DNA of 64,000 nucleotides, taken from positions 18,336 through 82,335 of the forward strand of contig WFPC01000004.1 of NCBI GenBank assembly GCA_015487785.1, given 5' to 3'. This DNA is from Gammaproteobacteria bacterium. GTDB taxonomy: Bacteria; Pseudomonadota; Gammaproteobacteria; S012-40. Positions 10,499 through 20,252 of this stretch are shown piece after piece. A model generated the notes under the pieces. The model did no database searches, was not told the DNA's origin, and was given only the letters and a program-made list of their open reading frames with translations. Every line of letters begins with the position of its first letter. The first letter of the stretch is position 1. The translations under genes and the position numbers were made by a program.

Positions 10499-10637
10499 GA
10501 GCTTCCCTGGGGCTGAGGAAAAAGCGGCATTCTAGGGGCCTGGCGGGCTTAGGGCAAGGTCCGCTGCGGTGGCGGGAAGAGATCCCGGTTTCTGCCCGCC
10601 TCGCTGCGACAGCCCGAGGCGGTTGGTGGCGATGGCG

Positions 10638-11627
10638 TCAGTGGCCAGCCGGGGTGGCCCCCAGCACCAGCTCCAGGTTGATGCTGAACGACGGGCTGGG
10701 CCGGAAGCCCTGGCTGCGTTGCCACAGCATCAGGGGCACGATATCGAGGAAAATCCAGTCCTTATACAGCATCTTGCGAAAATAAATGTGGGCCGTGTAG
10801 CGGCTGGTGTGGAGTCGGGGGCGGTTTTCGCCCTCGGCGCTGAGCTGGTAGGCCAGGTAGCGCCCGGCACCGAGTTGCTGGAATACGGTGAGATATTGAC
10901 TCAGTTCGAAGGTGTCGAGGCGCTGGCGCCAGGTGACGTGACTGCTGGCGCGAAACAGATGTTGTTCACCCAGCGGATGCTCCAGCTCCAGGCGGGTGGT
11001 CTCGCCCAGTCTGGTACTGGAATACCAGAAGATCATCTGTGACAGGCGTAGCTGCCAGTGCCCCCGTTGCATTTGATGGCGGGCCTTGAGGCGGGTGACG
11101 ACTTCGGGACGGCGGGTCAGGCGCAGGCCGGCGCTGGCGCGCACGTTCCAGCGGGTCGACTGGCGCAGCAGGTATTGCAGGCTGGAGGTGATGGCGGTTT
11201 CGCCCTCGCTGCGTTGCGGCAAGACGTTGCTCTGGTCGATATCCTTTTCCTTGTCGGCCTCCTGTTGCAGGGAATTGCTCTCGATCACCAGCGACAGGCG
11301 TTCGTTGGTGCGTGGCAGGTCCAGCTTGACATGGGTCTTGAGAGTACTGGCAGGGCGGCTGCCGTAAACCAGGGTGTTGCTGTTGTAGAAACGCAGCTGG
11401 GTGCGATTGGTACGTTCGATCTCGCGGTTGGCACCGAAAAAACGATCGATGCTGTCGGACAACATCACGATGCCCGTGGAGAGCCTGTCGCGGGTTTGTT
11501 CGGCCAGGCGCAGGGATTGCTGCAACAGGTCGGGAGAGCTTGTCGGTGTGTCACTGGGTGTTTCCGTGGCGCCCAGCGGGACGCTGGAGCAGATGAGGCA
11601 CAGGCCCAACAGTGGACTAAGGCGCAT
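10638..11627 (-). CDS. Hypothetical exported protein, probable outer-membrane beta-barrel
   Basis: Signal peptide MRLSPLLGLCLICSSVPLGA; SIDRFFG motif; alternating aromatic/basic beta strands. Confidence 0.65.
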   Translation of the reverse strand: MRLSPLLGLCLICSSVPLGATETPSDTPTSSPDLLQQSLRLAEQTRDRLSTGIVMLSDSIDRFFGANREIERTNRTQLRFYNSNTLVYGSRPASTLKTHVKLDLPRTNERLSLVIESNSLQQEADKEKDIDQSNVLPQRSEGETAITSSLQYLLRQSTRWNVRASAGLRLTRRPEVVTRLKARHQMQRGHWQLRLSQMIFWYSSTRLGETTRLELEHPLGEQHLFRASSHVTWRQRLDTFELSQYLTVFQQLGAGRYLAYQLSAEGENRPRLHTSRYTAHIYFRKMLYKDWIFLDIVPLMLWQRSQGFRPSPSFSINLELVLGATPAGH

Positions 11628-12546
11628 CGTCCCATAGCCAGGCAGCACCGCGCACGCCGCTGGCATCGCCGTGTCGCGGGGGAACCAGGTGGGTGTCCAC
11701 CCGATCGGAGAAGATATAGTCTTGCCACAGGCGGGGGACGTTGTGATACCAGCGAGACACCTGGGACAGCCCGCCGCCCAGCACGATGACCTCCGGGTCG
11801 AGGATGTTGATTACATGGGCCAGGCCGCGGGCCAGGCGATGCTCGTAGCGTTGCAGGGTCTGTTCGCAGGCCACGTCGCCCGCCGCGGCGGCGGCGACGA
11901 TCTGGCGGCTGTCCAGGCTGTCGCCGGTGACGGCGCGGTGTTCGGCGGCCAGCCCCGGGCCGGAGAGATAGGTTTCCAGGCAGCCGTGGCGACCACAGTA
12001 GCAGGCTGGGCCAGGGAGTTCGTGTGCGTCGGGCCAGGGCAGGGGATTGTGGCCCCATTCGCCGGCGATGGCATTGACGCCGGTGAGCAGGCGGCCGTTG
12101 GCCACGATACCGGCGCCGGTGCCGGTGCCGATGATCACCCCGAACACCAGTGAGGCCCCCGCCGCGGCACCATCGGTGGCCTCCGACAGGGCGAAGCAAT
12201 TGGCATCATTGGCCAGGCGTACCGGTCGTTGCAGGCGATCTTCCAGGTCTTCGCGCAGGGGACGGTCATTGAGCCAGGTGGAATTGGCGTTCTTGATACG
12301 CCCGGTCTGCCGCGAGAGGGCGCCAGGGGTGCCTATGCCCACGCTGGCGCGGCAGTGGAGCTGGGCTTCGGCTTCGCGTACCAGGCGGTGGATGCAGTCC
12401 AGGGTGGCGTGGTAGTCGTTTCGGGGCGTGGCGACCCGGCGTTGCAGGCAGGTCCGGCCCTGGGCATCGAGCACGATGATTTCGGTCTTGGTGCCGCCCA
12501 GGTCGATGCCGATGCGGAACCGGGAGTGGTGTTTTGACGTGTTCAT
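11617..12546 (-). CDS. mak: ROK-family sugar kinase (fructokinase/Mak-like)
   Basis: IGIDLGGTK, ANDANCFALSE, GTGTGAG, GEWGH...CYCG..GCLE, IVLGGGLS. Confidence 0.88.
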   Translation of the reverse strand: MNTSKHHSRFRIGIDLGGTKTEIIVLDAQGRTCLQRRVATPRNDYHATLDCIHRLVREAEAQLHCRASVGIGTPGALSRQTGRIKNANSTWLNDRPLREDLEDRLQRPVRLANDANCFALSEATDGAAAGASLVFGVIIGTGTGAGIVANGRLLTGVNAIAGEWGHNPLPWPDAHELPGPACYCGRHGCLETYLSGPGLAAEHRAVTGDSLDSRQIVAAAAAGDVACEQTLQRYEHRLARGLAHVINILDPEVIVLGGGLSQVSRWYHNVPRLWQDYIFSDRVDTHLVPPRHGDASGVRGAAWLWDDAP

Positions 12547-12654
12547 TCTCGTTCGGGCATGGATATTTGGTTCGGCATGCTTTCTCGTCCGGCGGCATGG
12601 CACAAAGTGTCGCCAGGATATGGTGTAGCGTATGCGGCGCTGACGCAAGTCCGC

Positions 12655-12681
12655 TCAAACTACCTGGGCTGGCGCCGATAC
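12655..12681 (+). promoter_or_regulatory. sigma28 (FliA)-like promoter
   Basis: TCAA-N15-GCCGATAC, 30 nt upstream of GTG start at 12711. Confidence 0.65.
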
Positions 12682-12710
12682 AAGGCAAGACAGGCGATGG
12701 AGAGGTTCGA

Positions 12711-13175
12711 GTGCGCAGAGGTGTTCTCTTTTTTCTATTGATGATGCTGGCGTGCGGGCCGACGATGGCCAAGCCGGCCTCGCCCCTGTTGCTCGATGTC
12801 CGCCTGCAGGGCCCCTGGCTGGCGGGCGAGGTGGTGGGGGTGGAGGTGCAGGTGGCCAGTCGCCTCGATCTGGATGACGTGGAGTTGCGTCTGGTGGCCG
12901 AGGATGGCGTGCAGCTGCTCGATGGCTCTGCCGTCTGGCGGGGCGCACTGGTTGTGGGTGAGCCGCGGGTGTCGCGCTTTCAGGCGCGGGTTCCCGTGAA
13001 CGGTGGCGGGCGGCTGCGGGTGGAGCTGGTCACCGGGCACGATGGCCAGCCTCGTTACCTGGCCCGCCGGATCGTGCCGTTGCCGGAGGGACGGGGCAAG
13101 CCCGGTCCGGAAACGGTGCGCGGCCGCTGGATCGAGCGTCAGGGTCGCGGCGTGAGGGAATATCGCCTGCCATGA
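12711..13175 (+). CDS. Small exported beta-rich hypothetical protein (module 1 partner)
   Basis: GGAGAG RBS, signal peptide ending TMA-KPASPL, C-terminus GRGVREYRLP; paralogous to 15162..15632. Confidence 0.75.
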   Translation: MRRGVLFFLLMMLACGPTMAKPASPLLLDVRLQGPWLAGEVVGVEVQVASRLDLDDVELRLVAEDGVQLLDGSAVWRGALVVGEPRVSRFQARVPVNGGGRLRVELVTGHDGQPRYLARRIVPLPEGRGKPGPETVRGRWIERQGRGVREYRLP

Positions 13176-15067
13176 ACTTGCGTTTTCTGCTGTTGTTGCC
13201 GATTCTGGGGCTCAGCGCCTGTATCGACGAAACCCTGCCCCGTGGTGACGATCCCAATCCGCCGCAATCGCAGGAGACACCCGTGGCCGAGGGGGTGTCC
13301 ATAGCCCCCGAGCGGGAGCGGCTCACCCTGTGGCGTCTGGACGAGCCCGTGGGCCTGGCGGTGACCGTGTACGATGGCCAGGGCAAGGCCCTGGAGCCCA
13401 CGCCAGAACTCACTTGGTTGTCCAGTGACGAGTCGGTGGTGCGAGTGGATGCCTTGGGGCGGCTGGTGGCCGTGGCCGAGGGGGAAGCGGTGGTGACGGT
13501 CAGCACCAAGGGCGTCAGCCGTCGTATCACGGTGGTGGTGGACACCTCGGTGAGCGAGATTGGCGGCGTGGTGAGCTACCAGGACAGGCGCTACGACGAG
13601 CGCGGCTTTCTGTCGCTCACCGCATACAATCCCCTGCGTTATGCCGCCTACGACATCCTCGACGCGGACGACGAGTCGCTGGTGGCCAGCGGCTATACCG
13701 ATGCCCAGGGGCGCTACCGCTTTACCGGCTCGCCTGGCGGTCGTTACCGCATACGGTTGTTGAGCAGAAGCGACCCGGCCGGAGGACATGAGGTGGAGGT
13801 CACGGATCTGGCCGGTGATCTCTACGCGGTGAGTCTCGGCCTGGATCCGGCCGCGCCCGATATCCGCATTCCCCTTGCCAGCGGCCTGGCCGGGGTGTTC
13901 AACATCTTCGACGTGATGCTCACCGGCATGGAGTTCTTCGCCGAACTCGGCGAGGCCAGCCTGCCCGATCTCAAGGTATTCTGGGCCCGGGGCAATAGCC
14001 TGGGCACCTATTATTGCACCGGCTTCGATGCCACCAATTGTCCCGGTGGTGCCGGTGTCTACGTGTACGACGAGACGGGGTATGGTGGCGATACCGATGA
14101 GTTCGACGACGACGTGTTGTGGCACGAATTCGGTCATTTCATCGTTGATCGCCTGTCGGCCGACGACTCCGAGGGCGGTTGCCATCTGCTGGAGAGCCCA
14201 GATCTGGATTTGCGCCTGGCCTGGAGCGAAGGCTGGGGTGATTTCCTGCCCACGGCCATCAAGCGTTGGCTGGCCGCCGATGCGGCGCGTCGGGCGCGCC
14301 TGTCGCAGAGTACGGACAAGCCGCTTACTCTCTATGTGGACACCGCCGGCGACCAGGCCCGTATCAGCGCCGACATGAACGACGCCAGCTCACGCTATTG
14401 GTATGCCAGCAACGAGGTGGCCGTGGCGCGCATTCTCTGGCGCCTGAGTGATGCCTTTGGCATGGACAAAGTATGGACGGTGATGACGGATTATTTTCCC
14501 AGCCTGCCCACGCCCACCAATCTGGAGGGGTTCTGGGACGGCTGGCTGGCCCTGCACGGCGCCGGTGGCGAGACCGCGCAGCGCGGCCGGCAGATATTGG
14601 CCGAGCAGCATGTGTACTACCAGCCCGACGGCCTGGAGCCCAACGACGACCAGCCTGCCAGTCAAGCCTATGCGCTGGACGGCACGGGCGGGTTGTTGCA
14701 CCTGTATCGCGAAGACGGAGTCGTTGATCGCGATGTCATCGCCTTTTCGGTAGTGGCCGGGCGACGCTACCTGGTGGAGACCCGTGATCTCATCAATGGT
14801 GCCGATACCTTTCTAAGGATACGCGATGCCGCCGGGGTGACCATTGCCAGCAACGACGATGTGGACGGCAGGAGCTATTACCGCTACGACGGCACCTGTG
14901 GCGAGATCCGTGCCCGCAACGATGCCACCTCCCTGGCTTCGAGGGTGGAATTCACCGCTACCAGCAGCGGCACCTACCAGGCCGTGGTCAGCACCACGCC
15001 GGATCCCGATCCCTATCCCGAGGCCGGCCGCTATGGCAGTTATCGCCTGGTGGTGGAAGAGCAATAA
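13172..15067 (+). CDS. Lipoprotein: Ig-like (Big_2) + putative zinc metallopeptidase + PPC-like domain
   Basis: Lipobox LSAC; TWLSSDESVVRVD (Big_2); DDDVLWHEFGH...AWSEGWG (HExxH + distal E); GADTFLRI..IASNDD (PPC-like). Confidence 0.8.
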   Translation: MNLRFLLLLPILGLSACIDETLPRGDDPNPPQSQETPVAEGVSIAPERERLTLWRLDEPVGLAVTVYDGQGKALEPTPELTWLSSDESVVRVDALGRLVAVAEGEAVVTVSTKGVSRRITVVVDTSVSEIGGVVSYQDRRYDERGFLSLTAYNPLRYAAYDILDADDESLVASGYTDAQGRYRFTGSPGGRYRIRLLSRSDPAGGHEVEVTDLAGDLYAVSLGLDPAAPDIRIPLASGLAGVFNIFDVMLTGMEFFAELGEASLPDLKVFWARGNSLGTYYCTGFDATNCPGGAGVYVYDETGYGGDTDEFDDDVLWHEFGHFIVDRLSADDSEGGCHLLESPDLDLRLAWSEGWGDFLPTAIKRWLAADAARRARLSQSTDKPLTLYVDTAGDQARISADMNDASSRYWYASNEVAVARILWRLSDAFGMDKVWTVMTDYFPSLPTPTNLEGFWDGWLALHGAGGETAQRGRQILAEQHVYYQPDGLEPNDDQPASQAYALDGTGGLLHLYREDGVVDRDVIAFSVVAGRRYLVETRDLINGADTFLRIRDAAGVTIASNDDVDGRSYYRYDGTCGEIRARNDATSLASRVEFTATSSGTYQAVVSTTPDPDPYPEAGRYGSYRLVVEEQ

Positions 15068-15161
15068 CAAAAGGCTTGGCAAGCGTCGCCGCAGGGGGTA
15101 GAAGAGGAGGATGGGGACGAGGGGCGGCGTTGCCGCTTCGCGCAGAGCACCGGGGGAGATC

Positions 15162-15632
15162 ATGTCACCTGAAAATCGCATCATCTGCGGGATATTGTTG
15201 GGGCTGGTGCTCGTCGCGACGGCCTGGGCCAAGCCCATGATGCCCCTGAGTCTGGTACTGGAGGCCAGGCAGGTGCCGGTGGCGGGGAACATCCTGGACC
15301 TGGTAGTGCGGGTTCGCTCCCACCTGGACACCGACCGACTGGAATTGCGCGTGAGCTTGCCGCCCGGTGCCCAGTTGCTGGCCGGCGAGCAGGAACAGAC
15401 GCTGAGCGTGCGGGCCCACCAGTGGCAGAGGGTGGACCTGCGTATTCGCCTGCCCGATCCCCTGGAGGGGTACATCGACGCGGTGGCACGCATTCGCCAG
15501 GGCGAGGAGACCCGCTATACTGCCGGCGCCCGTTTCGCCCTGGAACCCACCCGCAGCAAGCAGCACATCGCGCCGCCGGCGCTTCGGCGCCAGCGCGATG
15601 GCCAGGGCATCAGGGAGTTCGTGCTTCCTTGA
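15162..15632 (+). CDS. Small exported beta-rich hypothetical protein (module 2 partner)
   Basis: GGAG RBS, signal peptide ending AWA-KPMMPL, C-terminus GQGIREFVLP. Confidence 0.75.
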   Translation: MSPENRIICGILLGLVLVATAWAKPMMPLSLVLEARQVPVAGNILDLVVRVRSHLDTDRLELRVSLPPGAQLLAGEQEQTLSVRAHQWQRVDLRIRLPDPLEGYIDAVARIRQGEETRYTAGARFALEPTRSKQHIAPPALRRQRDGQGIREFVLP

Positions 15633-17233
15633 AATCGCGCTGGATCGTCCTGCTGCCCTGCCTGTGCGCGTTGATGGCCTGTGACGGGCGCCGGAACAGC
15701 CTCGTCGGCCAGATCCACTACCAGGACTGGCTCTACGATCAGACCGGCCTGACACGGCGCCAAGCCAAGCCGGTGCGCTTTGCCCTGGTGGATCTGCTGG
15801 ATGCTGACGGTCGGCGCCTGGCCAGCACCCATACCGACGGTGCCGGCCGTTACCGCTTCGAGGGCGACATTCCCTTGCGTTTTTCCCTGCGCGTGCTCGC
15901 CCGCCAGGATGGCAGTATGGCTCCGGCGGTGACGGTGCAGGATCTGCGCGGCGATGTCTATGCGGTGACCAGGAACGTGGACCGCTTCGAGCCGGTGATC
16001 GACATCGCCCTGCCGGCGGAGGCCTCGGCGGCGTTCAACCTGTTCGATGTCTACCAGGCTGCCGGGGCCTATTTCAGCGAGCTGAGCGGTCGCCCGCCAC
16101 AGCCCCTGATGGTGTTCTGGCAGCCGGGCAACGTCGATGGCACCTATTATTGCTCCGCCTTTGCCAACCCTGGCTGCGTGGGCGGGGCGGGCATCTACGT
16201 GCTCAGCGAGCGCAACGGTGAGAGCAGCCTGTATGACGATCGCGACGAATACGATGACGACGTTCTGCTGCATGAATACGGTCATTTCCTGTTCGCGCGC
16301 TATTCTCGCGACGACTCCCCCGGTGGCTGCCACAGCCTGGAGGCCAACGACCAGGACCTCACCCTCGCCTGGAGCGAGGGCTGGGGCAATTTTTTTTCCG
16401 CTGCGGTCAAATCGTGGATGCGTGCACGGGGAGACTCGGCCCTGTCCAGCAGTCTGCCCGCCAGTCACTACATCGATACCGTGCAATCCGCCAGCGGCAG
16501 CGACATCGGCATTTCCTTCGACTTCGCCGATCCCGAGCGCAATCTCGTCCAGGCCTCCGACAGATACTTCTACGCCGGCAGCGAAGTGGCCGTGGCCAAT
16601 GTGCTGTGGCGCCTGTTTGAACAGCAAAACACTCTGGCCGGGTTGTGGCGCATCTTCACCGCCCCGGCATGGCGGGAACGCAGCGCGCCCATCACCGTAG
16701 AGGCGCTGTGGGACGGACTGCGCGATCCCTACCTCGGGCACGGTTACAGCACGGCGGCCGTACTGCCGATATTCCAGGCGCGTGGACTGGACTACACGGA
16801 GGACGGCTACGAGCCGGACGACAGCGCCTCATCCGACAGACTGTTGCAGTTGCAACAAATTGAGTCGCATACCCTGTACAGGGAGGCCGGCGCCGATCGT
16901 GACATATTTGCCATTCCGGTGAGCGCCAACGTGCGTTACCGGGTAGCCACCGGCAAGCTCAGGAATGGAGCCGATACCCAGATGTGGTTGTACGAAAATC
17001 CGGGCCTGGAACGGGTGCTGGCCACAAACGACAACCTTGGCAATGACAACATGCTGGTGGACGAACGCTGCGGCAGGCGTCTGGCCACCACCGATGCCCT
17101 GGCCTCGGCAATTGAATTCACAGCCTTTCAGGATGGTCTGTATTACATCGCGGTGGCCACCAGCACACAGCCGTTCGGCTTTACCGGACGCTATGGCGGC
17201 TACCAGATCAGTCTCACCCGACTGGGCCCCTGA
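15629..17233 (+). CDS. Lipoprotein: putative zinc metallopeptidase + PPC-like domain (no Big_2)
   Basis: TTG start overlapping upstream TGA; lipobox LMAC; DDDVLLHEYGH, DDSPGGCH, AWSEGWG, GADTQMWLY..ATNDN. Confidence 0.8.
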   Translation: MKSRWIVLLPCLCALMACDGRRNSLVGQIHYQDWLYDQTGLTRRQAKPVRFALVDLLDADGRRLASTHTDGAGRYRFEGDIPLRFSLRVLARQDGSMAPAVTVQDLRGDVYAVTRNVDRFEPVIDIALPAEASAAFNLFDVYQAAGAYFSELSGRPPQPLMVFWQPGNVDGTYYCSAFANPGCVGGAGIYVLSERNGESSLYDDRDEYDDDVLLHEYGHFLFARYSRDDSPGGCHSLEANDQDLTLAWSEGWGNFFSAAVKSWMRARGDSALSSSLPASHYIDTVQSASGSDIGISFDFADPERNLVQASDRYFYAGSEVAVANVLWRLFEQQNTLAGLWRIFTAPAWRERSAPITVEALWDGLRDPYLGHGYSTAAVLPIFQARGLDYTEDGYEPDDSASSDRLLQLQQIESHTLYREAGADRDIFAIPVSANVRYRVATGKLRNGADTQMWLYENPGLERVLATNDNLGNDNMLVDERCGRRLATTDALASAIEFTAFQDGLYYIAVATSTQPFGFTGRYGGYQISLTRLGP

Positions 17234-17325
17234 ACCGGAATGTGTTTTGCTCCGTCAGAGGGTTGCCGGCGCATGCCCGGCCCGGTATTTCCGGTATACT
17301 GCACACGAACAGCGCTTTTCGATAC

Positions 17326-18243
17326 ATGATGCAAAAACTGACAACGACAATGAGCGGGTTCGACTGGGCTGGCAAGGTGCCGGTACTGGTCAATCTGCTT
17401 CTGGTGCTGGCTCTGGCCCAGGTCCTGGCCAGCCTGAGCTGGCGTCTGCTGCCATTGCCGGAGCCGCTTGTGCCCCCGCCCGAGGTGGTGCAGGGCAGCG
17501 CGCCGGCAGCGGCGCCGGTGCCCGGTGATCTGGGTGGACAAATCGCCGCCTGGCACCTGTTCGGCCGGGTGCAAAAGGAAAAGCGCGTGGCGCCTGCGGC
17601 ACCTCCACCGAGAGCCGAGGCGGCGCCGGATACCAGCCTGCGGCTGAGTCTGAGGGGCGTGTTCGTGTCCGATCAGGCCGACGATGCCTGGGTCATCGTC
17701 GCCGACCACCGTGGCAAGGAGGAGACCTACCGCCCCGGTGACACCCTGCCCGGTGGCGCCACCTTGCTGGAGGTCTACGCCGACCGCATCATCCTGCAGC
17801 ACAATGGCCGGCGCGAGACATTGCGCCTGCCCGCCAGCAACATGGATAATACATCCACCAAGTCACGCGCTGGCGCGCGCAGCCGCCCGCGTGGTCCGGC
17901 GCAGTCGGTCACCACGCTGTCCAGCGAGGCCAGTCAGGTATTGAGCGAGTACCGGCAGAAACTGCTCACCGATCCGCAGTCGGTGATGAGCGCGGTGCGC
18001 GCCGAACCCTATCGCAAGGGCGGGCGTCTGATGGGTTACCGGGTATTCCCCGGCGCCGATCGCAAACTGATGCAGAAGATTGGCCTGCGTCCGGGCGACG
18101 TGGTGACCCGTATCAATGGCATCGTGCTGGACAGTCCGCTCAAGGGGCTGGAAGTGATGCAGAAGATCAGCGATGCCAGCGAGATCACGGTGGACGTGTT
18201 GCGCGATGGTGTCAACCAGACCTTCGTGGTGCCGATTAACTAG
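17326..18243 (+). CDS. gspC: Type II secretion protein C with PDZ domain
   Basis: Single TM, WHLFG, APDTSLRLSLRG, NGRRETLRL, GLRPGDVVTRING. Confidence 0.9.
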   Translation: MMQKLTTTMSGFDWAGKVPVLVNLLLVLALAQVLASLSWRLLPLPEPLVPPPEVVQGSAPAAAPVPGDLGGQIAAWHLFGRVQKEKRVAPAAPPPRAEAAPDTSLRLSLRGVFVSDQADDAWVIVADHRGKEETYRPGDTLPGGATLLEVYADRIILQHNGRRETLRLPASNMDNTSTKSRAGARSRPRGPAQSVTTLSSEASQVLSEYRQKLLTDPQSVMSAVRAEPYRKGGRLMGYRVFPGADRKLMQKIGLRPGDVVTRINGIVLDSPLKGLEVMQKISDASEITVDVLRDGVNQTFVVPIN

Positions 18244-18269
18244 ATCATAAGCATTCAAGGAGCACGAAC

Positions 18270-20249
18270 TTGTCGTCCTTCACCGCTCATTCATGGCCCC
18301 TGCGCCTGTTGCTGGGTTTGCTGCTGCTGATGTCGGGCGCGCTGGCACAGGCCAAGTCCATCACCCTCAACATGAAGAATGCCGACATCAACGCGGTGAT
18401 CGGCACCGTCGCCGAAGTGACCGGCAAGAACTTCATCATCGATCCGCGGGTGAAGGGCAAGGTCACCATCATCTCCTCGCGGCCGCTGGATGCCGACCAG
18501 GTCTACCAGGTGTTTCTGGCCATGCTCGACGTGCACGGTTATGCCGCGGTGCCCGCCGGCGAGGTGATCAAGATTCTGCCCGATGCCGACGCCAAGCATG
18601 CCGGCATGCCCGCGCGCGGCAAGGGCGAGGAGATCGTCACCCAGGTGATCGCGGTCAAGCACGTGTCGGCGGCACAACTGGTGCCCATCCTGCGCCCCCT
18701 GGTGCCGCCCCAGGGACACCTGGCGGCCCATGCGCAGACCAACACCTTGATCGTCGCCGACCGGGTGAGCAATATTCGTCGCCTGCTGCGCATCGTGCAG
18801 AAGATCGACGAACCCAGCAGCAGCGAGATCGAGGTGGTGCCCCTGCAACATGCCTCGGCCACCGAGGTGGTACGCATTCTCACCACCCTGCGCCAGCAGA
18901 AAAAGAAAAAGGACCCCAAGTCCTCGACGCCCACCCTGGTGGCCGACGAACGCACCAACAGCATCCTGCTCGGCGGCGAGAAGAGCGAGCGATTGCAGAT
19001 CAAGGCCATCATCGCGCATCTCGACACCCCCTCCGAGACCAGCGGCAACACCCATGTGGTCTACCTGCGTTATGCCAAGGCCAAGGACATGGTGACGGTG
19101 CTCACCGGCGTGGGCAAGGTCAAGGCCAAGGACAAGAAGGGTGGTGGCGCGTCCCGGCGTCAGCAGAACTTCGACATCCAGGCCGACGAGAGCGCCAATG
19201 CCCTGGTGATCACCGCCTCGCCGGACGTATATCGCTCGTTGGAGTCGGTGATTCGCAAGCTCGACGTGCGCCGGGCCCAGGTGCTGGTGGAGGCCATTAT
19301 CGCCGAGGTCTCCCTGAACCAGACCAGCGAGCTGGGCATCCAGTGGTTCGCCGGTAGTGAAAACCCGGGTTCCAACCCGGTGGGCGTGACCAACTTCGGT
19401 TCCAACAGCATCGTGCAGATGGGGGCGGCAGCCAATTCACTGTCCCGCGGACAGCCGCCCACCTCGCTGCCCATAGGCAATGGGCTGACCATGGCCGTGG
19501 GCAGTATCACCAGCGGGCGCTACAGCTTCGGCGCCTTGATCAATGCCCTGGCCGGCGACGGCCGGGCCAACCTGCTGTCCACCCCCAATATCGTCACCAT
19601 GGACAACGAGGAAGCCGAGATCTTCGTGGGCAAGGAAGTCTCCATCCCCAGTGGTGCCTACAGCGTCACCGGCACCGTGGGCAGTATCAACAACCCCTTC
19701 ACCACCTTCAAGGCCAAGCAGGTGGGGATTCGGTTGAAGGTGAAACCGCAGATCAACGAAGGGGATGCCATAAAGCTGGATATCGACCAGAACGTGGACG
19801 CCATCACTGCCGGCAACGCCGGCGAGGCCAACCTGGTGACCAGCCAGCGCAGCATCAAGACCAGCGTGATGGTGGACGACGGCCAGATCGTGGTGCTGGG
19901 CGGCCTGATCACCAACGACGAGAACCAGAGCGTGCAGAAGGTGCCCCTGCTGGGGGATATCCCGCTACTCGGCGCCCTGTTCCGCTACAAGCGCAACAAC
20001 ACCGACAAGACCAATCTGATGGTTTTCCTGCGCCCGCAGATCCTGCGTGATGCGGCGGTGGCGGCGGCGGTGACCGGTGAGAAATACAACTACATGCGGG
20101 CCAAGCAACTGGAGGTCACCCGCGGTCAACCCTTCCTGCAACAGACCCCGGCCATGCGTTTTCCGCCGTTGAGCAGCTTTCTGCCGCCGCCCAAGACCAA
20201 GACAGGGCAGGAAAACAGTCGCCTGCCCGAGGAGCTGGAGGATGAATAG
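18270..20249 (+). CDS. gspD: Type II secretion secretin
   Basis: N0-N3 domains, QVLVEAIIAEV, LSTPNIVTMDNEEA, KVPLLGDIPLLGALF. Confidence 0.96.
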   Translation: MSSFTAHSWPLRLLLGLLLLMSGALAQAKSITLNMKNADINAVIGTVAEVTGKNFIIDPRVKGKVTIISSRPLDADQVYQVFLAMLDVHGYAAVPAGEVIKILPDADAKHAGMPARGKGEEIVTQVIAVKHVSAAQLVPILRPLVPPQGHLAAHAQTNTLIVADRVSNIRRLLRIVQKIDEPSSSEIEVVPLQHASATEVVRILTTLRQQKKKKDPKSSTPTLVADERTNSILLGGEKSERLQIKAIIAHLDTPSETSGNTHVVYLRYAKAKDMVTVLTGVGKVKAKDKKGGGASRRQQNFDIQADESANALVITASPDVYRSLESVIRKLDVRRAQVLVEAIIAEVSLNQTSELGIQWFAGSENPGSNPVGVTNFGSNSIVQMGAAANSLSRGQPPTSLPIGNGLTMAVGSITSGRYSFGALINALAGDGRANLLSTPNIVTMDNEEAEIFVGKEVSIPSGAYSVTGTVGSINNPFTTFKAKQVGIRLKVKPQINEGDAIKLDIDQNVDAITAGNAGEANLVTSQRSIKTSVMVDDGQIVVLGGLITNDENQSVQKVPLLGDIPLLGALFRYKRNNTDKTNLMVFLRPQILRDAAVAAAVTGEKYNYMRAKQLEVTRGQPFLQQTPAMRFPPLSSFLPPPKTKTGQENSRLPEELEDE

Positions 20250-20252
20250 GTC

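Noticed and set aside
12598-12614. TGGCAC as a sigma54 site before the protease module
   Set aside because: The GC dinucleotide is not at the required GG-N10-GC spacing
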